32,000 nt of DNA from Raphidiopsis brookii D9 (lineage in GTDB: Bacteria; Cyanobacteriota; Cyanobacteriia; Cyanobacteriales; Nostocaceae), in the NCBI GenBank assembly GCA_000175855.1, contig ACYB01000010.1, forward strand, positions 29,464 to 61,463, read 5' to 3'. The translations under genes were made by a program, and so were the position numbers. The notes beneath the pieces were generated by a model. It was not told the origin of the DNA and made no database searches. It saw only the letters and a list, made by a program, of their open reading frames with translations. Positions 1 through 10,468 of the stretch are shown here, in pieces. The stretch's first letter is position 1; every line of letters begins with the position of its first letter.

Positions 1-1
1 A

Positions 2-991
2 GTTAAGTCTTGGCAGGCTACTTTAGCTAAACATCGCTTACAAAAATGCCTACGCTACTATCAATTAGGATCAGGACAAGGAAGAGTAGAATTACATAGC
101 AGTTTGGGTGCAATTGTATATCGTCACGTCACTACAGCTGGATCTGAACTAGGTTTTGAAGCCCGTTACAATCTAATTGAAGATTTTTTACAAGCATTTT
201 ATATTGAGGCCATTAAAGCCTTTCGTCGGGAAAACGAATTAGGAGAAGATTATACACCACGCACTCAACTGGAATTAGCTGAGTATATGGCATTTACAGA
301 GCAGTATGCTAAACGTCGGATTAATTTGCCCGGTGGAGCTAATCAACAGTTAATTGTGCTGCGAGCCCAGGGTTTTGCTCGTCGTCAACCCCAGGAAACA
401 ACGGTTGATATTGAAATGGCCGTGGATTCAGCTAAAACGGAAGAAGCAGAATCTTACCAGCGCAATTTGGCAGTTCAGCAAATTCGCTCCCAAATGGTTG
501 CTAAGTCTACCTTTGACCCCTCGGAAGAGTCGGAACGAGACCGGGTAATTACTGAGTTGATGAAGTATCTTCAATCTCAGGGTCAAGCGGACTGTATGAA
601 TTATTTGTCTTTGAAACTTCAGGATCTATCCGCACCAGAAATCGATCAAATTCTGGGACTAACCAGTCGTCAGCGCGATTATTTACAACAAAGATTTAAA
701 TACCACGTTGAAAAATTCGCTAAACAACACCATTGGCAATTAGTACATCAATGGTTGGGAGCTGGACTAGAACATAAGCTCGGTTTGTCCTCTCAACAAT
801 GGGATCTTTTCTGGAATCAATTGACTGAACAACAACAAAAAATCTTTCAACTTAAAACCACTATGGAAAATGACCAGGCGATCGCCAAGGCTGTGCAATG
901 TACTCCTAAGCAGTTACAAAAGCGATGGACTCAAATGTTGGAATTGGCCTGGGCTATACGCAATGGAAATGTAGAAGTTAAGACTTGTTGA
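2..991 (+). CDS. HetZ-family (HetZ-related) protein, 5' end cut by the window edge
   Basis: The frame is open from nt 2 (VKSWQATLAKHRLQKCLRYYQLGSGQGRVELHSSLGAIVYRH...), so the Met at 104 is internal. Blocks such as LELAEYMAFTEQYAKRRINLPG, LTSRQRDYLQQRFKYH and QLQKRW match my recollection of Anabaena HetZ. There are no patU-like neighbours, so this is probably the HetZ-related paralogue class. Confidence 0.55.
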   Translation, partial: VKSWQATLAKHRLQKCLRYYQLGSGQGRVELHSSLGAIVYRHVTTAGSELGFEARYNLIEDFLQAFYIEAIKAFRRENELGEDYTPRTQLELAEYMAFTEQYAKRRINLPGGANQQLIVLRAQGFARRQPQETTVDIEMAVDSAKTEEAESYQRNLAVQQIRSQMVAKSTFDPSEESERDRVITELMKYLQSQGQADCMNYLSLKLQDLSAPEIDQILGLTSRQRDYLQQRFKYHVEKFAKQHHWQLVHQWLGAGLEHKLGLSSQQWDLFWNQLTEQQQKIFQLKTTMENDQAIAKAVQCTPKQLQKRWTQMLELAWAIRNGNVEVKTC

Positions 992-1094
992 ACCGTTTGT
1001 TGACCATGGGCAAAAGTTGAAAGTCTATTAGTTTTCCTATTGCCCATTTTCTGCTAAACTACTTAATAATAAAAAGTGTATATTCAAAAATCAA

Positions 1095-1301
1095 ATGTTT
1101 GACGGATTCTGGAATAACGTATTTCGCTACCCCCGGTACCTGGTAACTATAGTATTAGGTCTACTAGTTAATACATTTGATCCTCTAATTCCACTTTTAA
1201 AACGTCCAGTTACACTACTGGCCATTATAGGTCTGTTTGTGGGAGGGTTCTTCTTCCTTACCCTAACTCTCCGAGCTATGTTGGGACTAAGTGCAATCTA
1301 A
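1095..1301 (+). CDS. Small two-helix membrane protein, DUF751/Ycf33-like
   Basis: 68-aa ORF. The N-terminal FWNNVFRYPRYLV motif followed by two hydrophobic spans is typical of the cyanobacterial/plastid Ycf33 (DUF751) family as I remember it. Confidence 0.5.
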   Translation: MFDGFWNNVFRYPRYLVTIVLGLLVNTFDPLIPLLKRPVTLLAIIGLFVGGFFFLTLTLRAMLGLSAI

Positions 1302-1367
1302 AAGGATTATTCCTATAAGATTCAGCTATCTATTGTTAAATCTCTATCAAAGGGCGGAATTTATAAT

Positions 1368-1730
1368 ATGGCTACAAATCGCCGTGTTTCCCGTGTTGCG
1401 GAATTAATTAAACGGGAGGTCAGCCAAATGTTACTCCATGGTATTAAGGATGATCGGGTGGGTGTGGGTATGGTCAGCGTCACTGATGTGGATGTTTCAG
1501 GAGATTTACAACACGCTAAAATATTTGTCAGCATTTATGGAACAGAAGAAGCAAAAGCCCAAACTATGGCGGGGTTAAAATCCGCTACCGGTTATGTTCG
1601 TAGTGAATTGGGCGCTAGGGTTAGATTACGTCGCACTCCAGAAGTGATTTTTGTGGAAGACCGTTCCTTAGAAAGGGGAACTAAAGTGTTAAATTTATTA
1701 AACCAACTTCAACAACAACGCGAAGATTGA
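1368..1730 (+). CDS. rbfA: Ribosome-binding factor A
   Basis: 120 aa. [17 protein letters not shown]..., [20 protein letters not shown] and [13 protein letters not shown] are canonical RbfA blocks. Confidence 0.9.
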   Translation: MATNRRVSRVAELIKREVSQMLLHGIKDDRVGVGMVSVTDVDVSGDLQHAKIFVSIYGTEEAKAQTMAGLKSATGYVRSELGARVRLRRTPEVIFVEDRSLERGTKVLNLLNQLQQQRED

Positions 1731-1885
1731 TATCCCGCCAAAATACTAGATCAGTTTGTAACTCTAGACATATTCACACTTCACTCAAATATGTTAATAC
1801 TGTCTATATGGTACTTTCTATTATGTTTGTGCCTACTTTTTGGTTTGACTATTACTAGTACATTTAGTTTTGATGTTATATTTCC

Positions 1886-1914
1886 TTGACAAACTTCATA
1901 TTTCTTTAGATAAT
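1886..1914 (+). promoter_or_regulatory. Putative sigma70-type promoter (TTGACA-N17-GATAAT) upstream of the DUF4327-like gene
   Basis: TTGACA at 1886-1891, an exact 17-nt spacer, then GATAAT at 1909-1914. This implies a leader of about 130 nt before the ATG at 2052. Sequence match only. Confidence 0.35.
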
Positions 1915-2051
1915 TTATAGGTCTGTAGCGTCAAAATAATAATAGTTCCGTATAGCAAACTACAAAACCTAGCCACAGGTCTAAATTATCACCATGTTTT
2001 CTCAATGAAAATTGGGAATAGTATCTAAACGTAAATTTGTGAGTAACAGCA

Positions 2052-2288
2052 ATGAGTGTAAATACGGTGCCTTCTATCAATTATTACTCTCTAGACGTAA
2101 TCCAGTACGAAGCAAGCCAACTTGTGCGTAAGGGAATAGTCAGTCGGCAACAGCCGATATACACACTCTGCCAGTACATCCCCGCTCGGGAATGGGTCTT
2201 TGTGGAATATGAGTTAGAAAAATGTGACTTTTTGTTGCGCGATCGCATTGGGGATTTGATTGGTCGAGAACAATGGGAAAATGACTAA
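2052..2288 (+). CDS. Small conserved cyanobacterial protein, DUF4327-like (paralogue 1)
   Basis: 78 aa. QQPIYTLCQYIPAREW...LLRDRIGDLIGREQWEND resembles the DUF4327 family from memory. It shares a C-terminal IGDL-x5-W-[DE]-x-D motif with the ORF at 14262-14480. Confidence 0.55.
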   Translation: MSVNTVPSINYYSLDVIQYEASQLVRKGIVSRQQPIYTLCQYIPAREWVFVEYELEKCDFLLRDRIGDLIGREQWEND

Positions 2289-2411
2289 TCAAGACTAGCC
2301 AGCAGTAATTAAGGAGGATCTCGAAGATCCCCAAGTTCCCTAAGTAGTAGTTAAGTAATTCATTTAATCTATGCTTGTCTAAAGTTACTGACTTTGGCAA
2401 GTATATTTTTC

Positions 2412-2771
2412 TCAGGAGGTGAGTTCCGTGTTTTGTAGGTACTGATTAATATCGTCGACCAAGCGGGTGAGATCTGCTTCTGTAGTTAAGCGAATGCCTA
2501 AATTGCGTACAGTGAGTAGAACTTTAGCTGCGAAGGGAGTGGGCCAGATATTGGGGTTACAGAACACCTCAAAGAAAACATCACCTGTATGGCGATATTC
2601 TAAAGAGGGTTCGGGTGTGATTTTTCCCCCAGGGTTAGATTTAACAGTGACAGCTTTCAGACTTAGCATCAATTTATCCATGGCAGTTTTTAGCTCCATA
2701 GCAGCATGGTGGGAAAAAGTGAAAGAAATAGAGCCATGGTCAAGATTGAGAGTGAGTAATGGGGAAGACAT
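2412..2771 (-). CDS. Hypothetical protein (119 aa)
   Basis: Clean ORF convergent with the previous gene. The overlapping plus-strand ORF 2467-2847 looks like a shadow frame. I recognise no family. Confidence 0.5.
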   Translation of the reverse strand: MSSPLLTLNLDHGSISFTFSHHAAMELKTAMDKLMLSLKAVTVKSNPGGKITPEPSLEYRHTGDVFFEVFCNPNIWPTPFAAKVLLTVRNLGIRLTTEADLTRLVDDINQYLQNTELTS

Positions 2772-2876
2772 AGAGAAATTTTGTAAAACTTTGGTAACAG
2801 CAATGACTATAATAACAAGAATAACAAGTCAACTAATTGCTCCATAATTAGGAGTAGCAATGATGAATATTCAATT

Positions 2877-3773
2877 ATGAATTACAACTACCTAAGGGAA
2901 GTAAGAAAAGTACTAATTATTACCCTTTTGCTTAACTTGTTTGTGATGGCATTAAAAGTTGTAGTAGGGTATGCTACTGGTTCCTTGAGCTTACTAGCGG
3001 ATGCCTTGCACAGTGTTACAGACAGTGCTAACAACGTGTTAGGACTAGTGGCTAATAAATTTTCTTCTCCCTTACCAGATCGAGAACATCCTTATGGACA
3101 TCACAAATTTGAAGCGGTGGGGGCGTTAGGAATAGCAGCATTTTTAGGGATAGCTTGTTTTGAAATTATTCAAGGAGCGATAGAGAAAATTATTCGAGGT
3201 GGTTCACCTGTGAGAATATCCGGTCCTGAACTGTGGTTATTACTAATTGTATTGGGCGTAAATATATTCGTCGCATTTTATGAGCGTAATGTAGGGACAA
3301 GAATAGGCAGTTCCATTTTAGTTGCTGATGCTAAACACACCATGAGTGATGTATGGGTAACCATTTCCGTTTTAGGGGGATTAATAGGGATTTGGTGGTT
3401 CAATTTTCAATGGTTGGATGTGCTATTGGCCTTTCCCGTAGCTTTGCTAGTCTTTTGGAGTGGATGGTCCGTTTTAAAAGAAAATTTGCCCTGGTTAGTG
3501 GATCAAATGGCGATCGCTCCAGAAGCAATACATGGAATTGCCACTTCCGTACCTGGTGTAATTAACTGCCATGATATTGCTTCTCGCGGGGTGATAGGTA
3601 GACAGGTATTCATAGAAATGCATCTAGTAGTAGATACACCGGAAGTAGAAACTGCCCATCAAATCACAGAGGAAGTAGAAAACAAACTACAGGAGAGATA
3701 TAGTCCTGTGAGGATTATAATTCATGTAGAACCACCAGCATACCAATCGGAGAACATTAGCTTTGGTAATTAG
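2877..3773 (+). CDS. Cation diffusion facilitator (CDF) family metal efflux transporter
   Basis: 298 aa with six hydrophobic spans. It has the LLADALHSVTDSANN and HTMSDVWVT metal-site motifs (HxxxD in TM2/TM5) and a C-terminal cytoplasmic domain ending IHVEP. Confidence 0.85.
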   Translation: MNYNYLREVRKVLIITLLLNLFVMALKVVVGYATGSLSLLADALHSVTDSANNVLGLVANKFSSPLPDREHPYGHHKFEAVGALGIAAFLGIACFEIIQGAIEKIIRGGSPVRISGPELWLLLIVLGVNIFVAFYERNVGTRIGSSILVADAKHTMSDVWVTISVLGGLIGIWWFNFQWLDVLLAFPVALLVFWSGWSVLKENLPWLVDQMAIAPEAIHGIATSVPGVINCHDIASRGVIGRQVFIEMHLVVDTPEVETAHQITEEVENKLQERYSPVRIIIHVEPPAYQSENISFGN

Positions 3774-3807
3774 GACTAGATTAGCATCGGAATTTGCTTC
3801 TATATAC

Positions 3808-5430
3808 CTATTCCCATTCTATAGTGCCCGGTGGTTTAGAAGTAATATCATAGACCACTCGATTGACCCCTTTAACCTCATTGACAATTCTATTAGAAAT
3901 GGCTTCTAGCACATCATAAGGTACTCGTGCCCAATCTGCTGTCATGCCATCTTCACTAGTCACTATTCGTAAGACCACAGGATAGGCGTATGTACGCTGA
4001 TCACCCATAACCCCCACGCTACGAATAGGTAGTAAAACAGCAAATGCTTGCCAATATTGATTATATAAATTCCTTTGATTGATTTCTTGGCGCACAATTA
4101 AATCAGCATCACGTAGAATATTTAACCTTTCTGCTGTCACCTCCCCCAAAATGCGAATAGCTAAACCCGGTCCTGGAAAAGGTTGTCTTTGAACTATCTC
4201 TTCTGGTAGACCAAGGGAACGACCCACCTTGCGCACTTCATCTTTAAATAGTTTTCGCAGGGGTTCCACCAGTTTAAATCTCAAGTCCTTAGGTAGTCCA
4301 CCCACATTGTGATGACTCTTGATTTTCACTGCTACCCTCTCCCCAGTTTTCGGATCTACATTAGTGCCAGCAGATTCAATTACATCTGGATATAGTGTAC
4401 CCTGTGCTAAATAGTCAAAGTGACCCAATCTTTTGGATGTTTCTTCAAACACCCTAATAAACTCGTGACCAATACGACGGCGTTTTTCTTCCGGATCTGT
4501 CACACCAGCAATAGCATTTATAAAGCGATCGCGTGCGTTAACGTACTCTACAGGAATATGAAATTGCTCCTGGAACAATTTTAATAATCTTTCTGGCTCT
4601 AATTTTCGCATAAAACCCTGATCAATAAACACACAGGTCAATTGATCTCCAATAGCTTTATGGAGCAAAAATGCCAGGGTCGAAGAATCCACACCTCCAG
4701 ATAGTGCTAAGAGCACTCGTCTATCGGAGACCTTAGCACGAATCTCCCGAATGGCATTTTCCACAAAAGCTGCTGTTGTCCAACTGGGTTCGCAGTTACA
4801 AATATGGTAAACAAAGTTGCGAATTAGTGCCAGTCCTCCCTGGGAATGAACTACTTCAGGATGGAACTGCACTCCATATAATTTGCGCTCATGATTCGCA
4901 ATAGCTGCACAAGGAGTATTCTCTGTATGTGCCAGCAGTTCAAAACCAGAAGGCATGGTTGTAACTGAGTCTCCATGACTCATCCACATGATTACACCAT
5001 TTTCTACATTGGTAAGCAAGTGAGTAGGTTCATCTATAAGTAATGACGCTTTACCATATTCCCCTCGCTCCGCTTGGGTCACCTTTCCCCCCAGTTCATT
5101 CACCATTAGCTGCATTCCATAACATACACCCAATATGGGAATACCCAATTCCCATATTTCCGGGTCACATTGAGGTGCATAATCGCTATAAACCGACCTA
5201 GGACCACCAGATAAGATTATCCCCTTGGGGTTCATTTTCCTTAGCTCTTCCGGTGTGGTGCGATAGGAAAGCACCTCGGAATATACTTGTGTTTCCCTTA
5301 TGCGTCGAGCAATCAGTTCAGAATATTGGGAACCAAAGTCTAAAATCACTATCATTTGGCGATCGCCATGAGGGAGATTTTCCTGGCTTTGGCATGCTAT
5401 ATCTATTGGTAGACCTACCGCTGTATTCAT
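3808..5430 (-). CDS. guaA: GMP synthase (glutamine-hydrolysing)
   Basis: 540 aa. N-terminal class I amidotransferase ([26 protein letters not shown]), ATP-PPase SGGVDS loop, and the C-terminal dimerisation tail ...KPPGTIEWE. Confidence 0.95.
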   Translation of the reverse strand: MNTAVGLPIDIACQSQENLPHGDRQMIVILDFGSQYSELIARRIRETQVYSEVLSYRTTPEELRKMNPKGIILSGGPRSVYSDYAPQCDPEIWELGIPILGVCYGMQLMVNELGGKVTQAERGEYGKASLLIDEPTHLLTNVENGVIMWMSHGDSVTTMPSGFELLAHTENTPCAAIANHERKLYGVQFHPEVVHSQGGLALIRNFVYHICNCEPSWTTAAFVENAIREIRAKVSDRRVLLALSGGVDSSTLAFLLHKAIGDQLTCVFIDQGFMRKLEPERLLKLFQEQFHIPVEYVNARDRFINAIAGVTDPEEKRRRIGHEFIRVFEETSKRLGHFDYLAQGTLYPDVIESAGTNVDPKTGERVAVKIKSHHNVGGLPKDLRFKLVEPLRKLFKDEVRKVGRSLGLPEEIVQRQPFPGPGLAIRILGEVTAERLNILRDADLIVRQEINQRNLYNQYWQAFAVLLPIRSVGVMGDQRTYAYPVVLRIVTSEDGMTADWARVPYDVLEAISNRIVNEVKGVNRVVYDITSKPPGTIEWE

Positions 5431-5540
5431 GATGGTGGGAGTGTGTCTTTGAACATAATTGAGTTACTATTTCCGACTTTTTAGGTTAGTATGTAGTTGT
5501 TAACAACTACGAACGGTCTGATTTTGACAGTCTATTTAGG

Positions 5541-6650
5541 TTAGCACAATTTTTCCATCAGCACACAACCCGTTTGACTTTTAACAATAACTTCTCTATT
5601 TCGGTCAAAAAGCACAGAACCACAAACTGTTGTTTTCACACTCTGGTCACTATGGCTTTTTATATACTCTTGGGAACGATTGTCAATAGTTTGGGCAATA
5701 CTGAAATAAATTTGGTTAGTCCAGTTACTACCACTGATAGTATCCAGGAAGCGCAGATGTTGCAGGGCATCCTCCGCCCTGGGACTATGAAATATTATTT
5801 GTATATCTTCATACTTTAAACCCAAGATAGCACTATGGGCAACTATAATTTCTCTCCTTCCATCTGCTAGATGATGATGAGTATGAAATATTCCCCCTGC
5901 TAGTTTCATTAGTTTTCCGTGATAGCCAAATAATAATATTTCTTCAACCTCTAAAAGATGGGCCTCAACTAATAGAGGACCAATCCAATTAGCAGTTTTC
6001 ACCATCCGTTGGGGATTGATTCCCAATTTTCTCCCCAGGTCTAAACCATTTTCGCCAATACAAAAAACTAAACTATTAAACTCTTTTGCCTTTGTCCTTA
6101 AATCGTCCCGAAAAACCTCAAGCTGTTCTGGTGTGCTTAATGGTTGAGATATACCGCTTGTTCCCAATAAAGAAAGTCCTTCCACTACTCCAAAAGCAGG
6201 GTTGGAGGTTCTGGTAGCTAGGGAGCGCCCCTCGGGTAAAATCACTGTCACTAGGATTTTTTCCCCCGGAAATAGCAGTTTCTCTAGGTTTTTCCGCAAC
6301 AATTGCTGGGCGTATGTATAAATGGCTGCTATCCCTTGTAAGTCCTTACCAATCCCTTCTCCACCCCTAATAACAATCGTTTCCCCCTCCCCATCATACC
6401 ATTCCACTTTTGTCCAAATTGGGGTACCTTTGGTTAGATCTAGGTTATCCCCCGGATCACTTCGAGTAATGGCTAAAGCACCACTTTCAGAAATTCCAGC
6501 TACCTGTTCAATAGGAATTTCGACTATTTGATCCGGTGAAATTAGGTCAACATCTGCTGTAGTTAATATGCGGCAATGGCGTAACCAGTATAACGCCGCT
6601 ATTGCACCACCACAGGCAAAAACTGGTAGGGTGTAACCAGAACGAGACAT
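5541..6650 (-). CDS. cbiD: Cobalt-precorrin-5B (C1)-methyltransferase
   Basis: 369 aa. N-terminal SGYTLPVFACGGAIAA, and GTSGISQPLS and FGYHGKLMKLAGGIFHTHHHLADGR blocks typical of CbiD. Confidence 0.85.
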   Translation of the reverse strand: MSRSGYTLPVFACGGAIAALYWLRHCRILTTADVDLISPDQIVEIPIEQVAGISESGALAITRSDPGDNLDLTKGTPIWTKVEWYDGEGETIVIRGGEGIGKDLQGIAAIYTYAQQLLRKNLEKLLFPGEKILVTVILPEGRSLATRTSNPAFGVVEGLSLLGTSGISQPLSTPEQLEVFRDDLRTKAKEFNSLVFCIGENGLDLGRKLGINPQRMVKTANWIGPLLVEAHLLEVEEILLFGYHGKLMKLAGGIFHTHHHLADGRREIIVAHSAILGLKYEDIQIIFHSPRAEDALQHLRFLDTISGSNWTNQIYFSIAQTIDNRSQEYIKSHSDQSVKTTVCGSVLFDRNREVIVKSQTGCVLMEKLC

Positions 6651-6718
6651 AAAAGATTTTGTATGTGATAAAGTTTGTGTTTTTGTATTTGATTATGATT
6701 ATATAGGTAATGAATCTT

Positions 6719-7033
6719 TCAACTTTCTACAAAAATACCAACCTCTGATAATAAAACTGCCATGGTCTCCCAAGAAATACCCTGTTGAATATAACGGGGT
6801 GATTCGGGATTATAAGGACTAGCTATTCGGTCAATGGTGACAATTGTCGCACCTTCTGGTAGTACCGCCACATCAGGGTCAAAAGCTGTGGGACGCATCA
6901 AGGAGCTGGAAAATCCTTTAAAAACTGCTATTTTGTCCTCCTCCCCATCAACATTGATGGTGACTACTAGCACTTCCTGAGACCTTTTGCTTGTGTATTC
7001 TTCTAGGGACTTAGCAATGGAATTACTCATCAC
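6719..7033 (-). CDS. Hypothetical soluble protein (104 aa)
   Basis: ORF with good coding appearance, 15 nt downstream of the membrane-protein gene on the same strand. Family not recognised. Confidence 0.45.
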   Translation of the reverse strand: MMSNSIAKSLEEYTSKRSQEVLVVTINVDGEEDKIAVFKGFSSSLMRPTAFDPDVAVLPEGATIVTIDRIASPYNPESPRYIQQGISWETMAVLLSEVGIFVES

Positions 7034-7048
7034 ACTTTTATAAAGACT

Positions 7049-7648
7049 TTAATGTACTGCCGTTCTACCATACTTGCCAAATTTCACCAAGACAAAATAG
7101 GTAAGATAGATTATGTAAATTATTAAGCCAACAATACCTAAAAAGCCAAGAAATCCAGGTGTGCTGTTATGATGGAAATAGTCCTTAAACATTAGGGGTG
7201 CTTCGGTCCAAACCTTACAGTAGGCTGAATTCCAGGAGTCACCTGAAAAGGCACAGCCCAGAAAGGGCACGCTGCCAATTAACCCTAAAATTCCATAAAG
7301 AGTTATTGCCCAACGCCAAGAGGTAAAAATCAGTTTTAAAGCTCCCGGGGACTGATACTCAACTTCATCATTCAAATCAACCCAGAACCAGATGGAAAGG
7401 GGAATAAGGATCCGAGCTATTAAACCAGATATAAAACTAACTGCAAATCCCCCAATCATCAGGTATACAGTTATGGCCGCCAAACTAGCTACGCGCCAGT
7501 AAATAGCCAGTAACCTTTGTATACAGTCTGCTCTTTGTACAAATGCCCAAATTGTCAAAACTATGGGGATAATTAGGTTAAATAGCAACGCCAATCTGTA
7601 ATCTGTCCACACATAAGGGCGAAACCAAACTTCTTCTAGGTTTGTCAT
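7049..7648 (-). CDS. Multi-pass membrane protein of unknown function
   Basis: 199 aa with about 5-6 hydrophobic segments. Possibly a cyanobacteria-restricted DUF, but I cannot name it reliably. Confidence 0.5.
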   Translation of the reverse strand: MTNLEEVWFRPYVWTDYRLALLFNLIIPIVLTIWAFVQRADCIQRLLAIYWRVASLAAITVYLMIGGFAVSFISGLIARILIPLSIWFWVDLNDEVEYQSPGALKLIFTSWRWAITLYGILGLIGSVPFLGCAFSGDSWNSAYCKVWTEAPLMFKDYFHHNSTPGFLGFLGIVGLIIYIIYLTYFVLVKFGKYGRTAVH

Positions 7649-7814
7649 CTCTTAGTTAGTCTTGTGTTAATCAGTCTGAGCCTGTTTTGGTAATGGGAGA
7701 CAGGTGCCAAAGATTAACACTTTTGACCCCCCTCCCCACGCTTGGTACCAGATGACCACATTTGAACTTCAGTCAAGAACAGGTGTAGCCATCTGAATAT
7801 GGACTCCTGAATAT

Positions 7815-8057
7815 CTAATCTTCATAAAGACGACATTCATCTGCATCCGGATTAGCATCACAATATGCTTGTAAAGAGTTTTTAGGCTCTTCTTGCTTTT
7901 TATGAGAAGCAGCAGCTTGCAGTTCTTCCACTGCATCCCATGCAGCAGCACAAGCTGCAGAGTTACCACCAGAAATATCACAAACTTCACGAGCTTGTTG
8001 GCGTTCTTGTTCGATTTTCTCTTGTATGGAGGTTGCTTTTTCTTGAGTGTTTGTCAT
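7815..8057 (-). CDS. cp12: CP12, Calvin-cycle GAPDH/PRK regulatory protein
   Basis: 80 aa. AWDAVEELQAA core motif, an N-terminal Cys pair (C26...C36), a C-terminal Cys pair (CDANPDADEC) and a ...YED terminus. The overlapping ORF 7769-7990 is a shadow frame. Confidence 0.9.
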   Translation of the reverse strand: MTNTQEKATSIQEKIEQERQQAREVCDISGGNSAACAAAWDAVEELQAAASHKKQEEPKNSLQAYCDANPDADECRLYED

Positions 8058-8192
8058 GAGCTTAGTCTCTTTGATTATCGTTTATATCAGTCTAGAAAAG
8101 ATCAAAATTGCGGTTTTGGTTTTATAGTTCACATACTATTCTAACTCTAGGTTGTTAACTTAGACTAGAATCCGGAATTACTAAATTAAGAT

Positions 8193-9053
8193 TTAGAATC
8201 TCTTTTGCATTCGCGGATGGATCAGTTCATTTAAACCCTCACCTAGTAGTGATAAACCTACCACCATAATAGTCATAGCTAAACCAGGAAAAAGGGTAGT
8301 CCACCAAATACCTGTGGGCAGAGCTTCTAAAGCTTGTCGTAAATCGTATCCCCACTCTGGTACCTCTTCTGGTAGTCCTAAACCCAAAAAGCCCAAACCT
8401 CCTAAAACTAATATGGCATCTGCTGCATTAAGAGTAAATAGCACTGGGACACTCTGAATCACGTTTAAAAACAAATATCGAGATAACACAGTCCAAGTAG
8501 AAGCACCCATAGCTTGAGCTGCTTCGATATATACTTCCGTTTTCACACTCACCGTATGATTACGCACAACTCGATAATATTGGGGGATGTAAGCTATGCT
8601 AATGGCGATCGCCGCATTTAAGATTCCCCTACCCACCACAAATGCCAGGGTAACAGAAAGTAGAAGTCCTGGTAGGGTGTAGATGCTGTCCATGAGAAAT
8701 AGCAGGGTTTTATCTAATTTACCACCTAAATAACCACTGATCATTCCCAGGGGTACGCCCACCACCATACTCAACCCTGTAGCTAATATGACTACTTGTA
8801 ATGCTGCTTGAGCGCCAAAAATAGTGCGGGAGAAAACATCATAACCCAAGCGACTAGTGCCAAACCAATATTTTCCCGAGGGGGGTTGATGAATGGGATT
8901 GGTTAGAAGTTCTTTAGGGTCAGATAACCACCCCCAATTTTGCCAAACCGGTGCCATAAAAGCCAGCAAGACAAAAAATAGGGTAATTATCAACCCTAGG
9001 ACCATGAGTTTGCCAGAGAGATTAGAGGGTATTCGTCGTTTTTTGATCTGCAT
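8193..9053 (-). CDS. ABC transporter permease, DppC/OppC (peptide/nickel) family
   Basis: 286 aa with six TM spans. It has the N-terminal signature YWFGTSRLGYDVFSR and the EAA loop IEAAQAMGASTWTVLSRYLF. No cognate ATPase or binding-protein gene is adjacent. Confidence 0.8.
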   Translation of the reverse strand: MQIKKRRIPSNLSGKLMVLGLIITLFFVLLAFMAPVWQNWGWLSDPKELLTNPIHQPPSGKYWFGTSRLGYDVFSRTIFGAQAALQVVILATGLSMVVGVPLGMISGYLGGKLDKTLLFLMDSIYTLPGLLLSVTLAFVVGRGILNAAIAISIAYIPQYYRVVRNHTVSVKTEVYIEAAQAMGASTWTVLSRYLFLNVIQSVPVLFTLNAADAILVLGGLGFLGLGLPEEVPEWGYDLRQALEALPTGIWWTTLFPGLAMTIMVVGLSLLGEGLNELIHPRMQKRF

Positions 9054-9108
9054 AATGCAAATTGGGGAAATGGTCTGATTTTAACTCACAACCAATCCCA
9101 GTCTGTAC

Positions 9109-10322
9109 CTACAAATTATCCCCAATTACCTGACGATATTCCCCCTTAGGTTTTACACCCTTCCATTCTTGAATCAACTCCTTGTTTTTAAAAACTTGCA
9201 CTGTCGGTGTACCTACAATTCCAGCATTTTGCGCAATGTCCTGATCCTCATCAATATCAATTTCCACAAAGTGTATCCTCCCATCAAATTCATCCACCAC
9301 CTTGTTAAGTATGGGTTTTAGGGTATGACAAGGACCACAACCAGGAGCAACATACTTTACCACTAACAGGCGATCGCTTTGGTGGAATAGTTTCCTGAGA
9401 GCATAACCACCATGATGGCGTGTTTTCTCTAGATTGAACTCGGTTGGGGGAGTTTCTTGCTGGGGTTGTGTTGTGGATTCTGGAGTTGGTTCCGATTGGG
9501 TTTGATGGAATTCCTGAATTAAACCCCCTAATGATAACCATCTTTCTGCTAATAGTGCTGCTTGACAACCAGTACCCGCAGCGGTAATTGCTTGACGAAA
9601 TTCATGGTCTTGAACATCACCAGCAGCAAATACCCCCTCCAAACTAGTTTCCACACTTCCATGTCCGGTGACAATGTAACCTACCTCATCTAGCTCCAAT
9701 TGTCCCTGAAATAGCTCTGTATTTGGTTTATGTCCTATGGCGTAAAATAAACCCCTAGTAGGAATAGTATTTTCTTCCCCCGTGTGGTTGTTACGCACTT
9801 GCACCCCTACCATTTTCTCCTTACCGATTACATCTACCGCTTCTGTATGCCAGTGAACCTTGATTTTAGAATTACTTAAAACCCGATCCTGCATAGCTTT
9901 AGAAGCACGCATCTTATCAGAACGCACCAATAAATGCACTATAGAGCCATACTTGGTGAGGTAAACAGCTTCTTCCGCTGCGGAATCACCAGCACCAATT
10001 ACCACCAACTCTTGACCTCGAAAAATAGGGGTTGCACCATCACAAATGGCACAAGCGGAAATTCCCCGACTCCAAAACTGGTCTTCACTGGGTAAACCCA
10101 GACGTTTAGCAGTTGCACCAGTCGCAATAATTAAACTATGGGTTTTTACCTCCCTTTCTAAAGAACGAACAATAAAAGGACGCTGACTTAAATTAACGGA
10201 TATCACATCCTCTGTGTACAATTCTGCCCCCCAGCGTTCCGCTTGGGCTTTCATATTAGTCATTAAATCTGGTCCAGTGATTCCCTGGGGAAATCCCGGA
10301 AAATTTTCTACTTCTGTGGTTG
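9109..10322 (-). CDS. ntrc: NADPH-thioredoxin reductase C (NTRC), exon 2
   Basis: The frame is open from 10322. The TrxR core has the redox CAICD motif and the NADPH site [12 protein letters not shown], followed by a linker and a C-terminal thioredoxin with APGCGPC. The first 2 nt (CA) complete a Thr codon begun in exon 1. Confidence 0.9.
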
Positions 10323-10363
10323 GTTAAACTAAACCAAAAGGTCACCCTTTTGACTCGTCTTCA

Positions 10364-10397
10364 GAACCGTGCGTGAATTTTTCAATTCACACGGCTC
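10364..10397 (-). ncRNA. Group II intron domain V (catalytic hairpin)
   Basis: On the minus strand the sequence reads GAGCCGUGUGAAUU-GAAA-AAUUCACGCACGGUUC. This is a 34-nt hairpin with the AGC triad, a 2-nt bulge on the 3' arm and a GAAA tetraloop, matching the universal domain V consensus. Confidence 0.9.
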
Positions 10398-10468
10398 CTC
10401 AATGGGGTGGGACTTGTCTTGTCTACCTAGCATACTGTTTTTAACAGCTTTTACCTGGGGATTAATAC

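Noticed and set aside
1791-1889. 32-codon hydrophobic mini-ORF (MLILSIWYFLLCLCLLFGLTITSTFSFDVIFP) in the rbfA-downstream spacer
   Set aside because: There is no Shine-Dalgarno sequence, and T-rich intergenic DNA readily yields hydrophobic pseudo-ORFs. Its end overlaps the predicted -35 box. It is not supportable without conservation or ribosome-profiling data.
2467-2847. Overlapping and antisense ORFs inside longer genes: 354-548, 2140-2400, 2467-2847, 3353-3565, 5574-5819, 6322-6531, 7769-7990, 7893-8144, 8893-9078, 9305-9568, 15406-15672, 17017-17226, 17382-17585, 19489-19674, 20272-20639 set, 22549-22806, 23529-23720, 24100-24315, 26680-26886, 28845-30743 set
   Set aside because: Each lies within or opposite a longer ORF that has clear family motifs. 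Their sequences are low-complexity or odd in composition, so they are treated as shadow frames.
5493-5510. Perfect 18-nt palindrome GTAGTTGTTAACAACTAC between cbiD and guaA
   Set aside because: It could form a hairpin after cbiD, but there is no U-tract on the minus strand. It could equally be a protein-binding palindrome. The evidence is too weak to call it a terminator.
8171-8176. TCCGGA (DIF1-like heterocyst promoter motif) upstream of cp12
   Set aside because: It is a single 6-mer with no suitably spaced -10 element on the minus strand. Other TCCGGA copies occur within or just upstream of coding sequence (about 16486 and 26295), so chance is the likelier explanation.
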